DNA of 63,618 bases, the filler included. It is 5 parts of 5 records of this genome, joined end to end, with 100 filler letters (N's around TTAATTAATTAA, not from the genome) between each part and the next. Parts side by side here need not be neighbours in the genome. Positions count along the whole stretch, not along the records: positions 38,570 to 58,317 come from SRR22947725_621; positions 58,418 to 63,618 come from SRR22947725_883; 3 more parts are not named here. One strand, written 5' to 3'. The notes beneath the pieces were generated by a model that ran no database searches, was not told the DNA's origin, and was given only the letters and a program-made list of their open reading frames with translations. Below, in pieces: positions 49,746-59,145 of this stretch (within the stretch, counting starts at the first letter, position 1; every line of letters starts with the position of its first letter). The position numbers were made by a program, and so were the translations under genes.

Positions 49746-50983
49746 TAACTCGTAGGTTTTAAATTTTCAGAAACATCAGTTCTATAGGCTTTGAAAGCGG
49801 GGAGCATGGCAACGATTAGCGATATGGAAATCATCGATAATGGGCCAAACCACCAAATTTGAGAGTATTTGAAAACCTCAATAAGAACTCCTGTTTGAGC
49901 TCGAATGATTTGCCCCGCCACACTTAAGATTAGTCCATAGAAAATGAATCCTCCGATGACTCCCAAAATAGAGAGTAAAAAAGCCTGACTTAAAATGATG
50001 GCCATTAAACTCGTTCTTGGAGCCCCAAGAGAACGAAGTATGGCAAACTCTCTTCTCCTATCGTGGAGGGTGCTGTATATACTGACTAAAACAGTTGCCG
50101 CAGCAACGATCATAATGAGCCAACTGACCATTTCTAAAATTTTGTGCACCCAGCCGACTTTATCAAACAGGTCGAGCATTACTGTAGCGACAGGATAGGC
50201 AATTGTGGCTTGGTCACCACGGTTGATTTGAGACGCCATTCGTTGAGCAATAACCGGGGAGCGAAAGTCGACTAAGACTGCACTGACCTCTTTGTGCTCA
50301 TCTGGGATTTCCACTGATTTACTGGCGTCAAAATTCTTGCCAGTGCCTCGTAAAACATGACCATCCATACGGTAAAAGGAGGTGATTGGAATCCAAATAA
50401 CCCGGTCATTGGGAGTATTCGTATTTTCTAAAATACCGACAATCTCAAACTCATTGTCATGTTTTTCTTCCGGATTAAAGGTCAGACCATGGTAGGGTTT
50501 TAATTTATCGCCAATTTTTAAGCCGGTTTTTTCGGCGACGATTGAACCTATAAGTGCGTGGTTTTTTGTTTCATCAAAATACTTCCCCTTACTTAAGGGC
50601 ATAGAGCTCTTATCATGAGTGAATATTTCATTAGTAGTACCGACGATACGGTAACCGTAGTAGTTGTCGCCAACGGCCATGGGGATGGCACTTTTGACCA
50701 TTCGATTCTTCTTTAAAGAGGTATAAATCTCCCAAGAAATGTTGCCGGGAGACTGGTCCATGTGGTAGATAGAGTTGAGTACCAACTGAAGCTGGCTGCC
50801 CTTAGCTCCCACGACGGCATCATAACCAAGGTCTTTCATGATAAAAGCATCGCGGGCTTGTTCTTTGAAAGCATAAACTGCCATCATAAGACCACAGGCC
50901 AAAGCTATGCTGGCGGAGGTAATGAAGGTCGATAGTAAATTGTCCTTTAAGGAACGTATAGCAATAAACGTGGAGCCGATCAT
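49745..50983 (-). CDS. FtsX/MacB-type ABC permease (ZrgC-like)
   Basis: GAKGS.LQLVL.S.YH, P.A.GD.Y.GYRIVGT, RRREFAILRSLGA. Confidence 0.88.
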   Translation of the reverse strand: MIGSTFIAIRSLKDNLLSTFITSASIALACGLMMAVYAFKEQARDAFIMKDLGYDAVVGAKGSQLQLVLNSIYHMDQSPGNISWEIYTSLKKNRMVKSAIPMAVGDNYYGYRIVGTTNEIFTHDKSSMPLSKGKYFDETKNHALIGSIVAEKTGLKIGDKLKPYHGLTFNPEEKHDNEFEIVGILENTNTPNDRVIWIPITSFYRMDGHVLRGTGKNFDASKSVEIPDEHKEVSAVLVDFRSPVIAQRMASQINRGDQATIAYPVATVMLDLFDKVGWVHKILEMVSWLIMIVAAATVLVSIYSTLHDRRREFAILRSLGAPRTSLMAIILSQAFLLSILGVIGGFIFYGLILSVAGQIIRAQTGVLIEVFKYSQIWWFGPLSMISISLIVAMLPAFKAYRTDVSENLKPTS

Positions 50984-51657
50984 GAACGAGCTCCGGTGTT
51001 GTTTAAGTCAGCTAAATTCTCGACTCGCTCAAATGAACTTATCAACTCTTTATCATGACTGACAACGAGTAAACCGGCATTATTCTCTTGGCACAATTCG
51101 CGAATAAGTTTCATCGCCGTCGCTGCATGTTCTGGGTCAAGGTTTCCCGTAGGTTCATCGGCAATAACGAGTTCAGGTTGATTAACTAAAGCTCGCGCTA
51201 CGGCGACTCTTTGTTGTTGACCTGTGGACATCTGCGCTGGTTTATAGTGCAAGCGATCTGCAAGACCGACTTTAGTGAGAATATTGATCGCTTTTTCTTT
51301 ATCGACTTTTCCTGCGAAACTCATACCAAGCAAAATATTTTCCAGAGCGGTAAAGTTTTGTAGGAGATTAAAAGTCTGAAAGATATAGCCTATGTGCTTG
51401 GCCCGGAAACGATCTTTCGCGGACTCTTTCATGCGAGGAATGGATTCACCTTTAATTTGGACATCGCCGGCATCTGGCTTTAATATTCCGCAGAGAATAT
51501 TGAGGAAAGTACTTTTCCCAGTACCACTACGGCCGATTAAGGCGACTTCTTTAGCGGCGGCTAATTCAAATGAATCAATATTGATGACCTCATTGGTCTG
51601 ACCGTCGGGGTCTTTGTAGCTCTTTTGTAAGCCAGTTATCTTGAGCAATGGCGCCAT
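50980..51657 (-). CDS. ABC ATPase (LolD/MacB-like; ZrgB-like)
   Basis: GRSGTGKST, IFQTFNL, MSTGQQQRVA, ADEPTGNLD. Confidence 0.92.
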   Translation of the reverse strand: MAPLLKITGLQKSYKDPDGQTNEVINIDSFELAAAKEVALIGRSGTGKSTFLNILCGILKPDAGDVQIKGESIPRMKESAKDRFRAKHIGYIFQTFNLLQNFTALENILLGMSFAGKVDKEKAINILTKVGLADRLHYKPAQMSTGQQQRVAVARALVNQPELVIADEPTGNLDPEHAATAMKLIRELCQENNAGLLVVSHDKELISSFERVENLADLNNTGARS

Positions 51658-51696
51658 TAACTAAGGGACCTTAATAAATTTAAGTAGACTATTTAA

Positions 51697-51712
51697 TGAT
51701 AAATCACTATCA
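51697..51712. promoter_or_regulatory. Fur-family-like operator TGATAAA-TC-ACTATCA
   Basis: TGATA-N6-TATCA palindrome 40-55 nt upstream of the ABC operon, overlapping a TTGATA -35 candidate. Confidence 0.45.
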
Positions 51713-51902
51713 ATTGAATAACCTCTTGGAGCATCATGTTTTTTCAAGGAGTATTTTTATAGATCTCTTAGATACTTTTCAATGATACCTACAACAAAGG
51801 GCTAAACATGAACGAGCGTAGAGAGGGTTCTGCAATACAGTAAGGCAGTTTTTCTTCTTGCTAAGCTTGAGAGGGCCAATGATGAGTGAATGGCGTGTTT
51901 TC

Positions 51903-52727
51903 TTAGTTTTTGAGTAAGCCTTTAGAACTGAGCCATTTTAAGAAGTCGGTGGTCCAGTCGACTCTTGGACCATTGGCTTCAAAGTTGTAAGCCATATGCG
52001 TACCTTTCTTATGTTTGACCAGCTTGGCTTTGCAACCAGCCTTTTTGAACTGTTTGGCGATGTCTACAGAAAAGCTAGAGGGTGCGACGTTGTCTTCTTC
52101 AGCAGTAAAAAGAATGACATCGAGGTCTTTTTTTTCGATAGAGTAAGTCTCGGCTTTTCTAAAGAAGGGCCAAAGGCAGAGGAAGTTTAAGTAGTTAATT
52201 TTTTCTCCCGTGGGTGAAGACGCATACTGCAGTAGAAGATTGGCTCCCGCGGAGAAGCCAAGTCCGACGATATTATTTGAATTTAGATTCCAGGCTTGGG
52301 CATTTTTTCGAATTAATTTTATGGCTTGGTTAAAGTCTTTAAGAGGATCTTCGGGAATTTTATTTTCAGGGTGGTGAACTCGATACATAAGACCAATAAC
52401 TGCAATACCTCGAGATGTGAAAAAGGGAGCCAACCTTTCAACGTGATGCTGCCAAGCTAAAGCACCATAACCGCCCCCAGGGCAGATCAATAACGAAGTT
52501 CCATTGGCGATCTCTTTCTTGGGTAAGTAAGTAATGATAGCAGGTTGAGTAACCTTTTGAAGAATACCGACAGTTTGAATCGTCTTCTCAATGTCGACTT
52601 TATTGATTTCATGACGGGGCCAGAGAGGAATAGGATCTAGCTTTTGGAAACTCTTCTCAGTTGCATAGGCTCTTTCTGAAGTCAAAAAGGCAAGAGTTAG
52701 GAGAGCGTAAGTGAGTATTCTCATCAT
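51903..52727 (-). CDS. Secreted alpha/beta hydrolase (carbohydrate esterase-like)
   Basis: CPGGGY, GFSAG nucleophile, D and GTH catalytic residues. Confidence 0.85.
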   Translation of the reverse strand: MMRILTYALLTLAFLTSERAYATEKSFQKLDPIPLWPRHEINKVDIEKTIQTVGILQKVTQPAIITYLPKKEIANGTSLLICPGGGYGALAWQHHVERLAPFFTSRGIAVIGLMYRVHHPENKIPEDPLKDFNQAIKLIRKNAQAWNLNSNNIVGLGFSAGANLLLQYASSPTGEKINYLNFLCLWPFFRKAETYSIEKKDLDVILFTAEEDNVAPSSFSVDIAKQFKKAGCKAKLVKHKKGTHMAYNFEANGPRVDWTTDFLKWLSSKGLLKN

Positions 52728-52770
52728 AGAGCTGCTTTGATTTTGTAGTTTTTAGTCATCTTGATAAGTA

Positions 52771-52838
52771 TGAATAGGAGTCGGTCCCTATTCAGGGTGC
52801 CAATCAGCTTGTAGATACCAGCCGAATTGGCAATCCTG
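52771..52838. repeat. Tandem palindromic element (two overlapping hairpins)
   Basis: TGAATAGG-N8-CCTATTCA, then CAGG.TGCCAAT.CAGCT...AGCCG.ATTGGCA..CCTG. Confidence 0.6.
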
Positions 52839-52843
52839 AGAGA

Positions 52844-55800
52844 TTATTTTGTGTTGCCAATGCCAGCCGAAAGAAGATAGGCAAGTAGATCTCTTATTTC
52901 ATTGCCATTCATAGTATTAATGAGCATTGGAGGCATTTGTGAGATAGGCGAATCTTCTATTTTAACGACATCATCAAACTCGAGTCGACGAGGTTTGACT
53001 TCTTGGTTACTCTTAGTTGTGGGGTAGATGTCGTAGTGAGTTTCGCGGGGCATGACTAAACCACCGATCTGTTCTTTGTTTTTGAGGAAGATGACCTTTG
53101 AACTGTATTGGTCTGAAATGTTTTTACTCGGTTCAATAATTGACTCTAATAGGTAACGAGCGTCAAATTTCGTTCTTACCATGCTTAAGTCAGGACCGAT
53201 ATCTCCACCTAAACCATCGAAACGGTGACATGCTGCACAAGCAGCGGCGTGAAACAGGTTTCGGCCATTCTTTAAGTCGGCTTTTTTAAGTTCTTGTCGA
53301 CTGGTATACTTTATGGCGTCTTTCATTGTCCACATTTTACCGGGCCCTTTAGCAGGAGAAATGGCAAACTTTGGTTTTTGATTGAAGTCGACACCAGTGA
53401 CATCTACGAGTGCCTCTCTTTCCGTTTGATTCAGTTCAGTCAATATCTGGCCGCGAATATTGGCGAGGAACTTGGCGTAGCTATTACCACCGGGATGCTT
53501 TGATGCTGCATTCAGGAACTGGATGTAAGAACGGCGTTGGTCGAGAGTCCAGCCTTCTTTGATATTCCTTAAAATAAAGGCGTAACCTAGTTTTTTGACT
53601 GGAGGGTAATCGTCCAACATTTTATTAATTCTACGGGCGTAACCTTTATTGCGACTGATGATGTCACTTTGCCAATCTGGAAGGTGCTTTTTAGCCGGTT
53701 TACTGATCAGCTCTAAGCCAGTTTTAATAATTCCAGGTGCTTTTAAGTAAACTAGGACTCGAAGGGCTTCAGTGTTGATATCGACATCTTCTCCAGGGAG
53801 TAGAGGGGATATCTTATTAATAATAGAGAGTCGGTCACTTTCATTTGGGCTTCCCATGCGAATAAAGGTCAAGGCATAAGCTCTGAGTAAGCCCAATTTT
53901 TGGTTTTTACTTAGTGAGGCTAAGTTGAGTTCTGAAAGGCTGGCTAAAAGCTTGTCTTTATGAGATTTATTTCCCAAACGGGCTAAGGCCACAGAAGCCG
54001 TGATTTTGGCTTGAGCTTCTTTTTCTGTGAGCGCTTTATCGGCCCATAAGTCAAGAGCTTGAGATTCGACGGCGACTCGGGCAGCATGACGCAACCAACG
54101 ATCGGAGCTGGATAGGTGGGGCCAAGCATCTTTTATGGCCTCTGGTTTGGCTTTACCGTGGTAAGTTTCTAAGTGGCGACGAAGTTCATGAAGCTTAGGT
54201 AAAGAATTTTGAGGGCTTTTGACCCCATTCGTTGCTTCATCACCAATGTATGTAAGGCGGTAAAGGCGAGAATCCGTGCCGCGGCCACCCGTAAGGAAAT
54301 ACATAGCGCCATCATGACCAATAAGTCCATCTGTCAGCGGCATAGGTTCGGCAAAAGCGAAGGCCTCTCTCGATGCCTTGTAACCGGCGCCATCGGGTTT
54401 TATGTGAATGGCGTTGATAGTTCCGTATGTCCAGTCAAAAGCATAAACGGCATTTTGATACTTGGCAGGGAATTTAGCGCCTCTACCTGAGACCATACCA
54501 GTCGGCGAGCCAGGGCCCATATTGAAAATAGCGGGTAGGGTATCTTCATAGTATGAGGGCCACTTTCCTGAACCTGAGCGCCAACCATAGTCAGAACCAC
54601 TAGCGACAAAGTTTATACGGGTAGGGCGGTACCAGGGAGTTCCCATATCCCACTCCATATCAGCATCATAAGTAAAAAGATCCCCAAAAGAGTTGTAGGC
54701 AACATCGAATTGATTACGGTAACCGATTGAGAATATTTCATTCTTCTTTGTCTCTGGATTGTAACGGGTGATATGTCCGCCAGGAGCATAAACGCCACGC
54801 GCGTGATTATTGCCATCCCATTCGCGTTTGAGGAGTAGATCTTCATCCCAGGATTGAACGCGTGAGAAAGAAACAATTTCCTTTTTGGGCTTAGGCGTAT
54901 GATTACCGCCGACGAGATAAAAGTCTTTATTGTTTTGGGCAAGAACAACACTGTGGCTACCGTGTTCAGAACTATTGAAGGCCGTAGAGAATAACTCGCT
55001 TTTATCTAGAGTGCTATCGCCATTTGAATCCCAGAGGCGCATGAGACCGCCATTTTTATAGTAGTAGTAAAGAGCGCCATTATGCCACTTCATTCCACGG
55101 GTTCCTAAAAGCTTTAGTGGCATTTTTTCGATACTAAGCTTTTTCTGTTTGTCGTTGAGCTCTAGGCGGTAGAGGCCTTTGTCCTTTTGCCCTGAGACAA
55201 AGAGGCGTCCTTTATCGTCGATTGCCATAGCGACTTGTGAGCCGTAGTCCACTGGGAATTTAAAGAGCTCTTCGACTTTGAAGCCAGGCAGTGCTTCGAC
55301 TTTAATTTTAGTTTTACTGGCATCTGAATAAGGGTGTATGTGAATATTAGAATCTCTGCTTTTCTTAGGGAGAACTGCGCTGAGCGCTTTTTGAGCTTGA
55401 GTGCCGGATAATTTTCGCAGTTTTATATCTTTAAATTCAGCTGTCATCGGAGCTCCCGCATGTAATTGCAGGGCTAAAACCCCTTTACTTGAAGAGAGGG
55501 GGTGATTATCGGTGACATCGACAGTGGTCACACCATTGACTTGATGGATGAGGCGATTGCCAACAGCGACTATTTTCACTTCATTCCATTGGTTGGCATC
55601 CCACTTAAGGTTTTTATCGCCAAAATGACTCACGACTTTTTTTAAGCCTAATTTGTCGACCACAACTTCTTGGAAACGTTGAGCGACGATACCTCTTTTG
55701 CCTCCTTGATGATAGAGCATACCAAAGAGATGATTAGCGTGTATGATATCTGCCTGGTAACCCTCAACAGTGAAGCGTTTGGCATTGGTGAGTTTACTTC

Positions 55801-56068
55801 TGTATTGAACTCCAGAGTTATTACCTCTTACTCGAGCCTTTAAGACAATTTCAAAGTCGGCGACTTCACCGTCCAAGACAAGGAACGTGCCACCGGTCGG
55901 ATGCTCTTTTGTTGTTTGGCCAAAGATAACACCATCTTTGACTGACCAGAACGACGTATCTCCTTTCCAGCCACTTAAGTCTTTGCCATTGAATAGTGAC
56001 TGACTTAGGTCAGCATGGAGTGACTGGAGCGTCAAAATTAAACTAATAGTAAGTAATTTAAGAAGCAT
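52844..56068 (-). CDS. DUF1080 domain + sorbosone-dehydrogenase-like propeller + HEAT-like repeats + c-type heme domain (PVC family)
   Basis: LFNGKDLSGW, NSGVQYRS, LQLH; GYRNQFD, DADMEWDMGTPWYRPTR; CAACH, GPDLS, SQMP. Confidence 0.9.
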   Translation of the reverse strand: MLLKLLTISLILTLQSLHADLSQSLFNGKDLSGWKGDTSFWSVKDGVIFGQTTKEHPTGGTFLVLDGEVADFEIVLKARVRGNNSGVQYRSKLTNAKRFTVEGYQADIIHANHLFGMLYHQGGKRGIVAQRFQEVVVDKLGLKKVVSHFGDKNLKWDANQWNEVKIVAVGNRLIHQVNGVTTVDVTDNHPLSSSKGVLALQLHAGAPMTAEFKDIKLRKLSGTQAQKALSAVLPKKSRDSNIHIHPYSDASKTKIKVEALPGFKVEELFKFPVDYGSQVAMAIDDKGRLFVSGQKDKGLYRLELNDKQKKLSIEKMPLKLLGTRGMKWHNGALYYYYKNGGLMRLWDSNGDSTLDKSELFSTAFNSSEHGSHSVVLAQNNKDFYLVGGNHTPKPKKEIVSFSRVQSWDEDLLLKREWDGNNHARGVYAPGGHITRYNPETKKNEIFSIGYRNQFDVAYNSFGDLFTYDADMEWDMGTPWYRPTRINFVASGSDYGWRSGSGKWPSYYEDTLPAIFNMGPGSPTGMVSGRGAKFPAKYQNAVYAFDWTYGTINAIHIKPDGAGYKASREAFAFAEPMPLTDGLIGHDGAMYFLTGGRGTDSRLYRLTYIGDEATNGVKSPQNSLPKLHELRRHLETYHGKAKPEAIKDAWPHLSSSDRWLRHAARVAVESQALDLWADKALTEKEAQAKITASVALARLGNKSHKDKLLASLSELNLASLSKNQKLGLLRAYALTFIRMGSPNESDRLSIINKISPLLPGEDVDINTEALRVLVYLKAPGIIKTGLELISKPAKKHLPDWQSDIISRNKGYARRINKMLDDYPPVKKLGYAFILRNIKEGWTLDQRRSYIQFLNAASKHPGGNSYAKFLANIRGQILTELNQTEREALVDVTGVDFNQKPKFAISPAKGPGKMWTMKDAIKYTSRQELKKADLKNGRNLFHAAACAACHRFDGLGGDIGPDLSMVRTKFDARYLLESIIEPSKNISDQYSSKVIFLKNKEQIGGLVMPRETHYDIYPTTKSNQEVKPRRLEFDDVVKIEDSPISQMPPMLINTMNGNEIRDLLAYLLSAGIGNTK

Positions 56069-56124
56069 ATTTTTTCCTTTGAGAAATGGGTTATTCAATT
56101 ATAAAATTATTCGTTTGACTTAAG

Positions 56125-57984
56125 TTATTTAATCCATTGAAGCTTGCGGAATGTAGGGGGAGTGCCTTTCCAGGCGGCCCCTAGTTTCTTGACGAGATTT
56201 TGTTTTCTATCCCGTAAAGTTTCTTGATGCCCAAGGCGAAGTTTTTGTAGATGATTCCAGTTGGCTAACTGTGATCCACTCGCATTTTTGAAGTCACTCT
56301 TTGATAAGGTGATTGTTTGCCATTGGTCATTGCCAGAGAGATTGATTTCGGCGGCATAAGCATCTAGGCCAATAACGAATTTATTGTTTTGTGTAGCTTT
56401 CACTTCAATTGATAATTGAGCATGTTCTGCAGGAGCCGCCCATAGAGGGTTATAGAGTTTATGAGTCGTGCGGGCCCATTGTCCGGCTCGATAGTTAAAC
56501 CACTCTTTTTGCCAGTCCTTGCTGAAATCTTCAATGATACTTGTCGGTAAAAGGCTGGGCTTGATATTGGCCGTTTTAAGATCAGCCGCTTTTATGATGG
56601 CCATTTTAGAAGAAAGGTTGAACTCTTTGGCGGTATAGACCCCGTAGTAATAACCGGCTCCAGTGATTGTTTTGTCGAGAGGGTAGAGCACATTTGCATA
56701 GACCCAAAGAGGTTTGTCTGTACTGTAAATGGGAAGGTTAGCTTGCCAAGTACCGTTTTTTTGAGTGGCTTTTACATGATGCCAAAAGCGATTCTTTGTA
56801 TTGGTCATGTTATCTTTTTTACCATCCATTTGCCCTTGCTGAGTATAGTAGACATCGACAGCAAGAACTTCTTTAGACGTGTCTGGTTTGACTGTAAAAA
56901 GAGGCGTCCTATTGGTTGTTTTTAAAATGATTTTTGATTGAGGTGTACTTGGCACTTTGAAGCTTTTTTTGAGATGCTGGTCAAACCATAATTGCGTCGC
57001 GACTTCATACTCGGATGTATCTTGATGGTTGTGGTGAGGAGAACAGGTGACTCGCCAATCTTTACTTTTTATGTGGGTAACTGCAGTTTGTAGATCATCA
57101 ATTGTACCGTGAAAGTCATTGCTAGGACTTAAGAAAATAATTGGACAATTAATGCGTTTAAGGTAGTTGTCGTCGCAAATCATTTTTTGATAGAGTTGGC
57201 TTTCCCCTTGGAGGTCACTCATCCCTCCACAGGAAGGAGCCGCCGCTTTAACACGAGAATCGGAACCAGTGGTCATGACCGTCAGTTTTCCCCCCATAGA
57301 GTGACCATAAACTCCGAGGCGCTCCGGGTCGACCTCGGCTTGTCTTTCAAGGAAAGTCAAGGCACGGCGTGCGCCGAGGGTACAGAGAAACCAACTGTTG
57401 TTTCTGGGAGAATCGACCTCATCAAGGGTCCAAGCCTCAGGTTTTGTAGAAGAAAAACTATTACCGGGATTACGGCACGGGGCATGATAAGCATCGAGAG
57501 CACCCCACTCAGTCGTAACTCTGTAGGAAGGGTTATCAGTTTTACCGGTCCAATAAGCTTTGACTTCATTGGGGCTGACTTGGTATTTGGAGCTGCTGAT
57601 TCGACCCGCCCAAGAGATGGAAATAGTGGCGTAACCCCGCTTGGCGTTGGTCAGGACCGCTTTATGGTCGGCATACTGACCGCCGCCATGAATTTGAACG
57701 AGTCCCGGAAGTTTTTTAGCTCCTTTAGGGTAGCCATAGACCGCCGCCATCATAGCTTTCTGACCTTTGAAAATTCCTATGCGGTAGCGCAAAACTTTTA
57801 TGATGACGTCATCTTCTTGCCATTCTTTCAATACTTCAACGTCGAGGGGCTCCGCTTGTGGGTCAAACTGTGACCAAAGTTCATCAAAACTTTGTGGCGC
57901 TTGGTTATTTTTTAAGGGAGGAAGAGTCTCAGCTGATAATTGAAAGCATAAAAAAAGTAGTACTAAAAAATATGAAAGTTTCAT
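56125..57984 (-). CDS. Secreted dienelactone-hydrolase/acetylxylan-esterase-like protein with C-terminal beta-sandwich
   Basis: QIHGGGQ, G.SMGG nucleophile, NDFHG, HHNH; signal peptide from ATG 57984. Confidence 0.85.
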   Translation of the reverse strand: MKLSYFLVLLFLCFQLSAETLPPLKNNQAPQSFDELWSQFDPQAEPLDVEVLKEWQEDDVIIKVLRYRIGIFKGQKAMMAAVYGYPKGAKKLPGLVQIHGGGQYADHKAVLTNAKRGYATISISWAGRISSSKYQVSPNEVKAYWTGKTDNPSYRVTTEWGALDAYHAPCRNPGNSFSSTKPEAWTLDEVDSPRNNSWFLCTLGARRALTFLERQAEVDPERLGVYGHSMGGKLTVMTTGSDSRVKAAAPSCGGMSDLQGESQLYQKMICDDNYLKRINCPIIFLSPSNDFHGTIDDLQTAVTHIKSKDWRVTCSPHHNHQDTSEYEVATQLWFDQHLKKSFKVPSTPQSKIILKTTNRTPLFTVKPDTSKEVLAVDVYYTQQGQMDGKKDNMTNTKNRFWHHVKATQKNGTWQANLPIYSTDKPLWVYANVLYPLDKTITGAGYYYGVYTAKEFNLSSKMAIIKAADLKTANIKPSLLPTSIIEDFSKDWQKEWFNYRAGQWARTTHKLYNPLWAAPAEHAQLSIEVKATQNNKFVIGLDAYAAEINLSGNDQWQTITLSKSDFKNASGSQLANWNHLQKLRLGHQETLRDRKQNLVKKLGAAWKGTPPTFRKLQWIK

Positions 57985-58317
57985 TTTACACACATCCAAA
58001 ATTATATACATAAATTCATTATAGACAAAAAAGTTCTTATAAGTCCAAACACGAAGAATGCAGTTGTGTTACATTTACTCTGATTTTTTTAGTTAGAACC
58101 TCGATGGGAGATTGCTTTTGAGCGCATTTTTTAACTGTAATTTAGTGTGTGAGGATGACGAAGAGTAATATTCAGCCATAAATATAACGTTACGAGAATA
58201 GGTTAAACCTATACTTGTAAAGTTAAGTAAATTTTTTTTAAACTTTAAAGCTTTGGATATTTCTTGGTTTTTGCTGTTAGGTCTTCGCCTTGTGTTGCGA
58301 ATTGGAGAGTAGACTGC

Positions 58318-58417
58318 NNNNNNNNNNNNNNNNNNNNNNNNNNNNNNNNNNNNNNNNNNNNTTAATTAATTAANNNNNNNNNNNNNNNNNNNNNNNNNNN
58401 NNNNNNNNNNNNNNNNN
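58318..58417. other. Artificial contig spacer
   Basis: N run + TTAATTAATTAA + N run. Confidence 0.99.
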
Positions 58418-59098
58418 TTCTTGATTTTCAATTTTTGCAATAATTTTTGCTTTAGATTTCTTTTTATCTAGTATGGTTTGTAGCTTTTCTAAATCTTCAC
58501 TGTTCCTTACAAAAGATAGAGCAATAAAATCTACTCCATTTTTAATCCCAAAATTAATATCTTCCATATCTTTAGCGGTTAAAGATGGGAGGTTGACTCT
58601 AACGCCTGGCAAATTTACATGTCTTTTTGAGCCAAGCTTGCCACCGTCTAAAACTTTACATAACAATGTCTCTTCATCTTTAGATAAGACTTTAAAGTTA
58701 ATCAGTCCATTATCAACAGATATTTTAGAGCCCTCACTAACGCTATGTATTAAATCTTTATAGTTAATTTTAATTGATGAAGTCTCAACATCTACTTGAT
58801 CTCTAACAGTTAAGGTAACTTCATCACCCACTTTTAAATCCAACGGCAATTCTGTATCACCGGTTCTTATTTCTGGTCCTTGGGTGTCTAGCAGGACTCC
58901 AATCTTTCCAGATTCAACTTTTGCATCATTGTTGATTTTTTTTATTCTATCAATTACCACTTTAGCTGATTTGTGAGTTGCGTGCGACATATTAATACGC
59001 GCAACATTCATGCCGTTGTTATGAAGTTTTTTTAAGGCGCTGATAGTCTCAGTTGCAGGACCTATAGTGCATATAATTTTTGTTCTAGTAAAGCTCAT
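58418..59098 (-). CDS. pyk: Pyruvate kinase, 5' part
   Basis: RTKIICTIGPA, R.NMSH, DTQGPEIRTG, ALSFVR, IIAKIE. Confidence 0.97.
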
Positions 59099-59145
59099 AA
59101 ATAATTCATTGTTTAGAAAAGAGAATATACCTTAAAAATAAGGTT

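Noticed and set aside
57187-57873. 228-aa plus-strand ORF, and similar ones at 37372-37815, 61474-61911, 23121-23504 and 39776-40096
   Set aside because: All overlap well-supported genes and have shadow-ORF composition with no domain signal.
58012-58317. 28-codon minus-strand ORF and TAACGTTA palindrome near the contig end
   Set aside because: No SD or motif support; the palindrome is too short to call a LacI-type site.
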